Assembly (NCBI GenBank): GCA_963737655.1
Contig: CAVTTN010000002.1
Span: 4,640,001-4,704,000 of the forward strand
Direction: 5' to 3'
Length of the DNA stretch: 64,000 nt
DNA from: an uncultured Planctomycetota bacterium
GTDB taxonomy: Bacteria > Planctomycetota > Planctomycetia > Isosphaerales > Isosphaeraceae
The translations under genes were made by a program, and so were the position numbers. This document shows positions 33,000 to 41,650 of this stretch, one piece after another; position 1 is the first letter of the stretch, and each line of letters begins with the position of its first letter. The notes beneath the pieces are model-generated. The model did not search any database and was not told the DNA's origin. It saw nothing but the letters and a program-made list of their open reading frames with translations.

Positions 33000-33175
33000 C
33001 GTCGCGGGCCGAGAGGGGGTCCGGGGACGAGGTAGTCTCCCCGACGGGAACGTCGCGGGGCCGTGTTGACACGGCGCCGCGGGTCACCAATGATGGGGCC
33101 ACGGCCTCTCGGGCCAGGCTAACCTGCGGGCGGCGAGCACCAGGGAGATGACGGCCGGGAGGCTCGCGACGGCGT
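33000..33175 (-). ncRNA. putative IS110 bridge/seek RNA
   Basis: Non-coding region containing a target match (CTAACCTG, 33119-33126) and an element-end match (CTCCCCG, 33037-33043); conserved in two mini-elements; boundaries approximate. Confidence 0.7.
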
Positions 33176-33256
33176 GCCCCAGCGTATCGCGCCCGGTGGT
33201 CGGGGCCACCCCCGGTTCACGTCCGTCGGGGAGCGGTCGCAGGCCGCGCGGAGAGT

Positions 33257-33352
33257 TAACCTGGCGCTGCAGCGGACCCGGCCACGCGGGCGGTTCTGGG
33301 AATGCGGATGTCGCTGGGATGTGGCCGGGTCCGCTGAGCTTGGCTGTTAGGC
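33257..33352 (+). other. integron attC site 1
   Basis: TAAC-N5-GCTGCAGCGGACCCGGCCAC...GTGGCCGGGTCCGCTGAGC-N6-GTTAGGC; imperfect palindrome with extra base in L''. Confidence 0.9.
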
Positions 33353-33374
33353 GGCGTCAGCCGAGCGTGGGGGC

Positions 33375-33806
33375 ATGATGGGCATCGAGCACGTTGACGG
33401 GACCGTCCCCCATCGGACGCGGAAGATGCCCTTTGTGCGCTTCCGCCTTCGCACGCTGATCGCCGTGGTCGCCCTGCTCGCCGGGCTGCTCGCGACATGG
33501 CGAGCCGTCTCCTATCACCTCGCTTACGCTCGCAAGGTCGAATACTCCCGGGATTGGGCGAGGAGCAGCCTGCTCGCGGCGGAGTCCTACCGCAAGCGGG
33601 CTTCCGAACCGGACTGCCCGGCGAAGGATGCCGCCGAGTTGCGATGGCTGGCCAGGAAGGAGGAGCTGATCTCGCGGAGATACGCCGAGATCGCCGCTCA
33701 GCCTTGGCGCCCCTACCCGACGGCGAGTGCCCCTCTTCTGACGCGCCAGGACTGGGACCAGCTCGGAGCCTTCCCGGGCCGGCCACCCGCCCAAGCCGGG
33801 CGCTGA
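33375..33806 (+). CDS. gene cassette ORF, membrane-anchored hypothetical protein
   Basis: Fills the space between attC1 and attC2; RFRLRTLIAVVALLAGLL N-terminal anchor; start may be 33426. Confidence 0.75.
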   Translation: MMGIEHVDGTVPHRTRKMPFVRFRLRTLIAVVALLAGLLATWRAVSYHLAYARKVEYSRDWARSSLLAAESYRKRASEPDCPAKDAAELRWLARKEELISRRYAEIAAQPWRPYPTASAPLLTRQDWDQLGAFPGRPPAQAGR

Positions 33807-33964
33807 TCCGAGTCCATCAGCCTTCGGTCGAGACGCTCTCCTCTTCGTGAACTCTTTGGCTGGGAACGGCCATCGACGCGCGACACTACCCCAACCCCAG
33901 GCTTTGTGGCCGGGCAGCGGCGAGGTCCGGGTAGCAAACCGACGGATTCAAGAGCGGCGGACGA

Positions 33965-34130
33965 GGCGCGGGCCGAGAGGGGAGTCGGTTACGCTTGCAG
34001 TCTCTTCGACGGGAACATCCCCGCGAGTCGGCTCGCGGGGCGTCGCCAATGACCGGATCACGACCTCTCGGGCCAGGCTAACCTACGGGCAGGGAGCACC
34101 AAGGTGGAGACGGCCGGGAGGCCCGCGCCA
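33965..34130 (-). ncRNA. putative bridge RNA of mini-element 1
   Basis: CTAACCT (34078-34084) target match; CTCTTCG (34002-34008) own-end match; upstream TTGCCC-N17-TAGCCT. Confidence 0.65.
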
Positions 34131-34135
34131 CACTC

Positions 34136-34164
34136 AGGCTACGCCGCGCCGGGTCGGCGGGCAA
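34136..34164 (-). promoter_or_regulatory. candidate sigma70-type promoter for the mini-element RNA
   Basis: TTGCCC-17 nt-TAGCCT; identical at 34936-34964; equivalent GTGGCC-17-TACGCT at 33181-33209. Confidence 0.5.
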
Positions 34165-34221
34165 GTCGTCCCCGACCCCCGTTCACGCCCCGTCGGGAGC
34201 GGACGAAGGCCGCAGGATGGT

Positions 34222-34318
34222 TAACCTCGCGCTGCAGCGGACCCCGCACCGCCGCGGCGTCTCTCGTGGTATCATCATCTTCTCGGCGGTGCGGGTCCGC
34301 TGAGCTTTGTCGTTAGGC
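34222..34318 (+). other. integron attC site 2
   Basis: TAACCTCGCGCTGCAGCGGACCCCGCACCGCCG...CGGCGGTGCGGGTCCGCTGAGCTTTGTCGTTAGGC. Confidence 0.9.
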
Positions 34319-34335
34319 GGCGTTCATCGCGGGGG

Positions 34336-34650
34336 GTGCGCATGCCCGATCCGAGTTCGCTCCTGATCTTCAGCGAGGACGAGGCGCGGCCGCTTGAGGC
34401 ATACAATCGCTTCGTCGGGACGCTCCCCCCGGAATTGCAGCAACAGCTAAGGGCGGTGCTGATGAGCTATCTGGGCGCTTACGGCCCCGTGGAGACTCTG
34501 GAGCGATTCCGCGGCCGTACCCTCGCCCAAGTGCTGGAGGATTACCATCCGCCCAGCGAGCCGCCGGTCGTGAAGTCCGGCGAACTGGACGGGGTGCGTT
34601 ATACGCTGGACGATCGGCCCGGTTCCGGTGGCAACCCCGCCTCTTCGTGA
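34336..34650 (+). CDS. gene cassette ORF, hypothetical protein
   Basis: Starts just after attC2; its original in-frame stop is the TAA of attC3 once the mini-element is removed. Confidence 0.75.
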   Translation: MRMPDPSSLLIFSEDEARPLEAYNRFVGTLPPELQQQLRAVLMSYLGAYGPVETLERFRGRTLAQVLEDYHPPSEPPVVKSGELDGVRYTLDDRPGSGGNPASS

Positions 34651-35021
34651 ACTCTTTGGCTGGGAACGGCCATCGACGCGCGACACTACCCCAACCCCAG
34701 GCTTTGTGGCCGGGCAGCGACGAAGTCCGGGTAGCAAACCGACGGATTCAAGAGCGGCGGACGAGGCGCGGGCCGAGAGGGGAGTCGGTTACGCTTGCAG
34801 TCTCTTCGGCGGGAACATCCCCGCGAGTCGGCTCGCGGGGCGTCGCCAATGACCGGATCACGACCTCTCGGGCCAGGCTAACCTACGGGCAGGGAGCACC
34901 AAGGTGGAGACGGCCGGGAGGCCCGCGCCACACTCAGGCTACGCCGCGCCGGGTCGGCGGGCAAGTCGTCCCCGACCCCCGTTCACGCCCCGTCGGGAGC
35001 GGACGAAGGCCGCAGGATGGT
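34642..35021 (-). mobile_element. 380-bp non-autonomous IS110-derived element, copy 2
   Basis: About 3 substitutions vs copy 1; inserted at GCC^TAAC of attC3. Confidence 0.85.
34765..34930 (-). ncRNA. putative bridge RNA of mini-element 2
   Basis: Same motifs as copy 1, shifted by 800 bp. Confidence 0.65.
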
Positions 35022-35117
35022 TAACCTCGCGCTGCAGCGGACCCGGCCACGCGGGCGCGTTATGATCGTGCGGAGCATCCCGGTATGTGGCCGGTCCGCT
35101 GAGCTTATGCGTTGTAC
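35022..35117 (+). other. integron attC site 3
   Basis: TAACCTCGCGCTGCAGCGGACCCGGCCAC...GTGGCCGGTCCGCTGAGCTTATGCGTTGTAC; R' deviates from GTTRRRY. Confidence 0.85.
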
Positions 35118-35231
35118 CTCGTCGGTCGGGCCCTCGCGTGGGTCTCCGGTAAGACGCTCCGAATGGAAGGGGACGGGTGGAGTTTCGAGAGTTTTCGGCC
35201 CGTTCTCCCCGCTGCTATCAGGGCTGGATTC

Positions 35232-35516
35232 TCAAAACCGGACCCGGCCCAGGACGACGAAATCGGTCAGGGCCCGGCCCATCACGGCCCCCCGCTCGGC
35301 ACCCAGGACGGCCCTTGCGAACGGCTCGAACCCGGGCTCGCCCGCCCGGCCCCTCTGGAGCCATCGGTAGAGCGTCGAGGCCCCGACGCCGGACGCCTCC
35401 GCCGCGGCCTCGCGGGACTTCCCCTCGGAGATCGCCGCCACGATCGACAGGGCGGCCCCGGGGGTGAACTTCGAGGGCCGCCCTCCCCTATGCTGCTTCG
35501 GTTTCGCTCTCGGCAT
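35232..35516 (-). CDS. small HTH protein (terminase small subunit-like N-terminus)
   Basis: GGRPSKFTP...REAAAEASGVGASTLYRWLQRG. Confidence 0.6.
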   Translation of the reverse strand: MPRAKPKQHRGGRPSKFTPGAALSIVAAISEGKSREAAAEASGVGASTLYRWLQRGRAGEPGFEPFARAVLGAERGAVMGRALTDFVVLGRVRF

Positions 35517-35524
35517 GGCCCGGT

Positions 35525-35830
35525 TCACCTCTGCCTCGGGCCGATCTTGTCCGTCCACTTGCCCCGGTAGTCGGCCAGCCATCCGGCGATCACCGCGTCC
35601 ATCGCGTCGGCGTCGGGCCCCTTGAGCCGGGCCTGGAGGTCGTCCAGGGCCGCGGCGCCGTCGGTGCCTCGGGGGACTTCGACCACCCCGGAGCGGATCG
35701 TCAGGACCACCCCGGCCCGCTCGCACTCGGGCCTTCCTCGGGTCACGGCCAGGGCGTGGAGGAGCTGCCCGCGCCTCGCCCCCCCGGCGGCCCGCTCCAG
35801 GCGCCCGAGCCTGCCCTGGAGACTCGCCAT
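35525..35830 (-). CDS. hypothetical protein
   Basis: MASLQGRLGRLERA; RBS GGAGG; in operon with neighbours. Confidence 0.55.
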   Translation of the reverse strand: MASLQGRLGRLERAAGGARRGQLLHALAVTRGRPECERAGVVLTIRSGVVEVPRGTDGAAALDDLQARLKGPDADAMDAVIAGWLADYRGKWTDKIGPRQR

Positions 35831-35855
35831 CAAGTTGCCTCCCCAGGAACCCCGG

Positions 35856-36068
35856 TCAGTCGATGATGCCGTGCCGCCTGAACGCCGCGACCATCAGCCG
35901 GGCGGCCTCGACGTCGCTCCGGTCGAAGGCATCCGCCACGGCCAACAGCTCCTCATTGGTCAGGGCCCGGATGCCCCGGAGATACTTCCGCCGGGACAAC
36001 CTGCGGACGATGCCGACGGGGCTCCAGGAGTCCTCCAGGCGCCGGACGCGCCCCTCGGCCCGGCTCAC
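35856..36068 (-). CDS. hypothetical protein
   Basis: VSRAEGRVRRLED...LTNEELLAV; operon context. Confidence 0.45.
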   Translation of the reverse strand: MSRAEGRVRRLEDSWSPVGIVRRLSRRKYLRGIRALTNEELLAVADAFDRSDVEAARLMVAAFRRHGIID

Positions 36069-36480
36069 GACTCGTCTCCCCCTCGTGCTTCTGGTCGGCC
36101 GCGACCTGCTCCAGGAAGGCGATCCGGGCGTCCAGCTCGACGTGGGTCCGTAGCTTGACGGCGGAGTCCAGGACGGCGACAGCGGCCCGGAGCCGGATGG
36201 CCGGGGACGGGTCGGCCAGGAGCTTGTCGAGGGCGGCGGTGGCCCTGGCGGCAGAACGGGCGAGCCGACCGACGGACCGCTCGAAGATGTCGCCACGAAC
36301 CCGGGCGACATAGGAGCAGAACTCGGGCTTGTCCAGCCAATCGTAGACCGTCCGCTCGCCGGCCTTGACCGCCTTGGCCGTGGCCCGGACGGGCCTGCCC
36401 GAGGCGAGCAGCAGGGCGGCCCTCTGCTGCTTGGGGGTCCAGTCTGCGGTGGCATGCGGTGGCATGCGGAAATCTCGCAT
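35953..36480 (-). CDS. HTH protein, phage/terminase-small-subunit-like
   Basis: TPKQQRAALLLASG...AKAVKAGERTVYDWLDKPEF...IRLRAAVAVLD...ELDARIAFLE. Confidence 0.6.
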   Translation of the reverse strand: MRDFRMPPHATADWTPKQQRAALLLASGRPVRATAKAVKAGERTVYDWLDKPEFCSYVARVRGDIFERSVGRLARSAARATAALDKLLADPSPAIRLRAAVAVLDSAVKLRTHVELDARIAFLEQVAADQKHEGETSREPGRGARPAPGGLLEPRRHRPQVVPAEVSPGHPGPDQ

Positions 36481-36721
36481 CAGATCGATAACCGGCCAAC
36501 CTCTGCATGCTTGATCGTACAAGCCAGGTTGCGGTTCGTCCAATGGCGACTTGGCCGCCCACCCGCTCGCCGGTCCGATGGACGGAAGCGGTCGGAGGCC
36601 ATAGAGTGGGAAGCATCGGGTCGGTCTCGGGGGTGGCCACCCCCGGGCCTCACGGTCCCGGTCGTCGCGTCGGCCCCACTCCGCCGCGACGGGCGGGACC
36701 GGCCCGAGAGGAGTGGGGAAC

Positions 36722-38120
36722 ATGCCCGAACCCTGGCATCGGCCTCTGGCCGTGCTGCGCGACGAATTCGCCCGACGCTCGGCCGACCTCCGGCATCTGT
36801 TGGTCAGGATCGAACGGAATTCCTACATCGTGCCCCCCGAATGGTGGCAGGCCAGGCCCGGCGAGGAATATTCGCGCCGGGGCCTCCCCGACGAGGCCAT
36901 GTGGCGGATCGAACCCGGCGGGCGCGCCCCCCGTCCGGTCATCATACAACAGACCGAGGACGGTTCGTCCTTCATGTGGAAGCACACGTTCTATGGCCAT
37001 GCCCCCGAGGCTCGAGACTTCTTCATCGACCTCGCCTACCGGGCGTTCCGATGCCTCGCCTCCGCCCCCGCAGGTGAATTTGCACGGCTCGCGGAAGTCC
37101 TAAGAATGTCCATCGATCCGCCGGACCTCGACTACCATAGCCCGGATCTTTGGTGGTTGCGTGCGGTTCACGAGATTGCACGGCGGCGGCATGAAGGCTC
37201 CTCCCTCTGGTCACTCAGCGGGCCGTCCAGTCAATTCCATAGCGTGGAACAAGACCTCCAGTCCCAACGACGTGCCCGAGAGCGAGGGGAAACGGTCGGT
37301 TACGACTTCGGCTACTCGATCCTGCACGGACGTTTTCACTTGCTCGGCGGAGGCCATCGACCTCACCCTCAAGGCCGCCCCGCCCCAGCATTACCCGGCG
37401 ATCGACCGATTCGCCTTCCGGTTTCTCCTGGAGACGATCGATGGCCGTTACTTCCTGTTGGGTGCTCTGCATGATTCTTGGGAGCGCTCCGGGGAGGGAA
37501 CTGGCCCGCCCCAATTTCAGTATCGAGAGATCGCCGACGACGCCGCCCTCGCCTTGCTCGTGGAATCGGGGCTCGCCGACGACCTATCGATTCATCTCCG
37601 AGACGTCCTCGAATGGAACCTCGATCCTTCACGATTGGGTGAACGCGCTGGCTTGTCGGTTGACGCGGGACCAGTGATCCCATCGATTCCGACCGAAGGT
37701 GGAACGGTCCGTCCGCTCAATCCGACAGGGGCCCGCTCTCAGGCCGAAGCGGGCGACTCGCGGGAGGAGGGCGAAGAGCCCGGGCGGGGAGCCGATCTTC
37801 CGGGGATCAGCGCGGCGCCGGGCCTCCCGTCGCCAGATGAGGCCCCGGGCTCCAGCCTCAGGACCCGGTCGAAGCCCGATTCTTTGAACCCGGGCGTGAA
37901 AGCCGTCGCCGCCGCTTACGCATTGCAGGAAGAGGGGTTACCGGTGTCGCTCAAAGCCGCCTGTGAACGCGCAGGAGTGGATCGGAAGAACGTCCGGGAG
38001 CGATACCCGGAGCAAGTCCGCGTGATTCGAGCCCTATCCGCCCCCGATGGTGACGCACGGCGGGGGACGATCGATCGGAGGAGCGGGAATATCGACGCTG
38101 GATATGAGGACGACGAATAG
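36722..38120 (+). CDS. hypothetical protein with C-terminal HTH-like segment (frameshift near 37330)
   Basis: Two overlapping ORFs 36713-37474 and 37161-38120; ends SLKAACERAGVDRKNV. Confidence 0.5.
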
Positions 38121-38275
38121 GCCCCACCCCACGAAAACACCCCACGGAATTTTCTTGTAGCCCGGAAATCAAGGCGAATGGATGACCCTCCACCCCCCAC
38201 GGCCCCCCCACCCCGCCGGTAGGTCGTGGCCGTCGCGATTGTGACGATGGCCCCGCCCCGGGAGACCCGTGGATC

Positions 38276-38467
38276 ATGGCCAAAGCCCGTCCGCCCGATG
38301 ATTTCAACAACTCCCCGATCGCGTGGTTCGCCGAATTTCTGCATGCTTTGGATGGACGAGACGTCGAGCAAGCCGCCCGAGCGAAGGCCGAACTGACCCG
38401 CTTGGGCTGGACTTTCCGGTATCGGAAGCCCCGCCCCGAGGCCGATGGCCAGGCGGTGGCCCGATGA
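38276..38467 (+). CDS. small hypothetical protein
   Basis: SPIAWFAEF...AARAKAELTRLGW; first gene of the replication operon. Confidence 0.55.
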   Translation: MAKARPPDDFNNSPIAWFAEFLHALDGRDVEQAARAKAELTRLGWTFRYRKPRPEADGQAVAR

Positions 38468-38765
38468 CTCCCCGTCCCGGCCGCCGGACCCGACCGACCG
38501 CCAATCTGATCCAAGAGGCCAATCGACCAAAGGCGGCCGAACCGCCCCTCGGGGCGCCCCCCTCGGACCTGACATCCCTGCCCTGGGCGGTAGGCTCACG
38601 GTCCGCCTGGACGAATTACCCGCTGCCCTCGGAGTGTCGCGGCGGACCATCGAACGCGAGAGGTCCGCCGGCCGATTCCCCAAGCCCGACCTGACGATCG
38701 GGAAGATGCCGCTCTGGCAGCCCCAGACGATCCGAGATTGGATCGCGGGGGGTGGGCGTTCATGA
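38445..38765 (+). CDS. AlpA/excisionase-like HTH regulator
   Basis: LPAALGVSRRTIERERSAGRFPKPD.TIGKMPLW...TIRDW. Confidence 0.75.
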   Translation: MARRWPDDSPSRPPDPTDRQSDPRGQSTKGGRTAPRGAPLGPDIPALGGRLTVRLDELPAALGVSRRTIERERSAGRFPKPDLTIGKMPLWQPQTIRDWIAGGGRS

Positions 38766-39994
38766 TCCGCCCCTATGACGCCTGGATCCTCGCCCGCCTC
38801 GTCTGCGGCCATTCGCTCAACGGCGAACTGGAATCGGTTTCCCCGGCCCTACGGGGAATCGCCGATCATCTGGCCGGGCTTCCCGACGAAGACCGCCAGA
38901 CGGCCCTCGGGGGATTCCGTTGCTCGCCCGCGATCGACGGCCCCGCCTTGATCAAGGCGATGACCGCTCACCACCCCGATGGACCGGCCCCCGAGTCGGT
39001 CCATGAGCGATGCTATGCAACCCTCGACGACATCGCCCGGGTCGTCGCCGATCAAGCGTGGCTCTGGGGAGACTGGCTCGCCCGGGGCGTCCTGAACGTG
39101 GTGGCCTCCGAGCCGGGGACGGGCAAGACCCGATTCGGACTGGACCTGGCCCGTCGGCTCTGGTTTGGCTTGTCGTGGCCTGACAACCAATTGAATGTGA
39201 TGCCCGGGGGGACGCGGACCCTGTGGATTCAGGGCGACCGCAACTTCGCCGAGATGCTCCAAGCCGCCCGCGACTTCGGACTCCCCGGCGACGCCGTGTC
39301 CCTGGGATCGGCCCCCGACGACCCGACCGGGGCGCTCGACCTGGACGACCCGGGAACGCTGGCGGCCATCGGGGGGAGGATCCAGGCCGCCGCCCCGGCC
39401 CTCGTGGTGATCGACACGGTAGGCATGGTGACCGATCGGAACCTCTGCCGCCCCGAAGAAGCCCGCGCATTCTTCGCCCCGATCATGGAACTTGCCGCGA
39501 GGACGGGCGTGGCCTTCCTCGGTCTGACCCATTTGTCGAAGGACAAGGAGGCCCTGGGTCGGCGGATCGTCGAGAAGGCCAGGGTGGTCATCAAGATGAC
39601 GCAGCCCGATCCCGAAGGCAAGAAGGACCGCCGGAGGTTGTGGGTGGACAAGTCCGCCGTTGTGAAGCCCCCGCCCTTGGGGATCACGATGGGGGACGCG
39701 GGCAACAATTACGACTTCACTCCGCCGACGGAGCCCGAGCCGAATCGGGGGGGACGGCCGCCGGAGAAGCTCGGCAAGGCCATCAAGTTCCTGGCGGAGA
39801 AACTGACCGAGGGAGACCGCAAATGGTGCGATCTGGTCAACGAATGGGAAGCGCTCGGGGGGGCCAAGGGGACCCTCTTCAATGCCTGCAAGGCGATGGT
39901 CGACGACGGTCGGATGGTCGTTGATGAGTCCAAGAAGCCCAAGTTCTGCCACCTGGTCAAGGACTCCGAGGAAGGTCAAGAACACGGTTCCTGA
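38762..39994 (+). CDS. AAA family ATPase (RepA/AAA_25-type helicase)
   Basis: WLWGDWLARG, Walker A SEPGTGKT, Walker B LVVIDT, LTHLSK. Confidence 0.85.
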   Translation: MIRPYDAWILARLVCGHSLNGELESVSPALRGIADHLAGLPDEDRQTALGGFRCSPAIDGPALIKAMTAHHPDGPAPESVHERCYATLDDIARVVADQAWLWGDWLARGVLNVVASEPGTGKTRFGLDLARRLWFGLSWPDNQLNVMPGGTRTLWIQGDRNFAEMLQAARDFGLPGDAVSLGSAPDDPTGALDLDDPGTLAAIGGRIQAAAPALVVIDTVGMVTDRNLCRPEEARAFFAPIMELAARTGVAFLGLTHLSKDKEALGRRIVEKARVVIKMTQPDPEGKKDRRRLWVDKSAVVKPPPLGITMGDAGNNYDFTPPTEPEPNRGGRPPEKLGKAIKFLAEKLTEGDRKWCDLVNEWEALGGAKGTLFNACKAMVDDGRMVVDESKKPKFCHLVKDSEEGQEHGS

Positions 39995-40101
39995 CGGTTC
40001 TTGACCCTTGAAGAACCCTTTTCGTGAGCGTCAGGAACCCCGCCCCCCTATGGAGAACCGGGTTGTTGACCCGAACCGAGGCCCTCCGAGACCCGCGAAC
40101 G

Positions 40102-41276
40102 ATGAAACTCCCTGCCCCCGGACGACACCGGATCGACTGGCAAACCGAGCGCGAGCGGATCGACCTGGCCGCCGTCGCGACCCGCCTACTCGGCCCCGCC
40201 CCGGGACGAAGGGGGATCGTGGCCGGAAGCTGTGGTGGTCCTGCCCCCTCGGGACGCACCCCGACGCGAATCCGTCCTTCGCGGTCGAAACCGGCAGGCC
40301 TTTCTGGCGGTGTTTCGGCTGCGGCGAGTCGGGGGACGCCGCGAACCTCGTGATGAGCCTGGAGTCGTTGACGTTCCCCGAAGCCCTGGACTACCTGACC
40401 GGCGGTGCGACTTCCACAAAGCCGCGAGGCCCGAGCAAAGCCGCCCCGAGACCGGCGAACAAGGCCCTGGCCGGCCCATCCGGGATGCCCGAGGCCGACG
40501 CCCTGGCCCTCGTGGAAGCCGCCGCCGCCCGGCTGTGGACCCCCGAGGGGGCCGACGGAATGGCGTATCTGACCGGCCCCGAGCGCGGCCTGGCCCCCGA
40601 GACGATCCGGGCGGCCCGGCTGGGGTGGACGCCTCGGGCGGAAGGGGTGGCGTGGAGGCCGCCCGGCGTGGTCGTTCCGTGGTTCGTGGGCGAGCGTCTT
40701 GCACTGGTCAAGATCCGGCCCCCGGACGAGTGGAGGAAGCGATTCCCGCCTGAGAAGCGCCCTCCGAAATATCTGGAGGCGTTCCGCGATCCAGCTCGCG
40801 TCGTCTGCTACCCCGGCCTATCGACGATCCGCGCCGGCCTTCCCCTCATCGCCGTGGAGGGGGAGTTCGATTGCCTTGCCCTCGGGGAGGCTCTGGACGA
40901 AATGGCTAGCGTGGTGAGCCTGGGAAGCGCCTCGGCCGAGCCGACCCCCGACATCCTCGGCCGGTTCCTGGCCGCGAGCCCGTGGTTCATCGCCACGGAT
41001 GCCGATCCGGCGGGGGAACAGGCCGCCGCCAGGTGGCAAGCCTACCCCCGGGCTCGGCGGGTCCGCCCTCCGGCCCCTTACAAGGATTGGACCGAGGCCC
41101 GCAACGATGGCGTGAACCTCCGCCGCTGGTGGGGGGACATCTACGCCGGCAACGACCACCCTCAGCTATTCACCGATGAGGAAGCGGCCGAGTGGCGGTG
41201 GGGACCGGCCGTCGGGGACGGTTCGCCCGGGATTATCGTTCCCGCGATACGTCGGACGGAGAGCCCGGAAAAATGA
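40102..41276 (+). CDS. DNA primase: CHC2 zinc finger + TOPRIM (frameshift near 40215)
   Basis: CPLGTHPDANPSF...WRCFGCG.SGD, VEGEFDCL, ATDADPAG, KDWTE. Confidence 0.85.
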
Positions 41277-41381
41277 CCCAATTGGGTTAGTGAACTATTG
41301 TAACATAACCCGAACGGGATATAATCCGGGTGAGGTGGAGGAGGAACGGGGCGAGGATCGGACCGAGTGGGACCTACCTCG

Positions 41382-41650
41382 ATGGCCAAGGAAGAGACGA
41401 ACCCACCGACGATGACCGGGACGATCCGCGAGACGATCCTGGCCCGGTCCCTGACCGCATACCGGGTGGGTCAGGCGATCGGGACTCGTTCCCATGTCAT
41501 CCAGAGATTCCTCAACGGGGAGCGAGACCTACGGGCGCGACCCTCAACAAGCTGGCCGCCGCCCTCGGGTTGACGCTGACCCAGACGGAGGCCGGTCATC
41601 CCGACCTGAAAGGAGCAGCGGATGGCGTCGTTCCGCAAGATCGGTCGTAA
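41382..41650 (+). CDS. XRE-family HTH regulator (frameshift near 41535)
   Basis: LTAYRVGQAIG...IQRFLNGERD joined to TLNKLAAALGLTL. Confidence 0.7.

Larger units (their letters stand above)
31455..33256 (-). mobile_element. IS110 family element inserted in the R'' box of an attC site
   Basis: Removing it restores GCCGCC-TAAC-CTGGCGCTGCAGCGG; no target duplication; ~290-bp non-coding region upstream of the transposase. Confidence 0.9.
33842..34221 (-). mobile_element. 380-bp non-autonomous IS110-derived element, copy 1
   Basis: Inserted at TCC^TAAC of attC2; shares ends (CGTGAACTCTT...TTAAC) and non-coding region with the IS110; no transposase. Confidence 0.85.

Noticed and set aside
32969..33256. 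Group IIC-attC intron
   Set aside because: No reverse transcriptase; the adjacent ORF is a DEDD IS110 recombinase
33847..35024. Twin 125-aa ORFs (MNSLAGNGH...)
   Set aside because: They lie wholly within the mini-elements, have Arg/Pro/Gly-rich shadow composition, and conservation with the IS is at nucleotide-motif level
33842..35117. CRISPR array or simple tandem duplication (800-bp period)
   Set aside because: Repeat units are 380 bp, intervening DNA is different ORFs and different attC cores, and no cas genes are present
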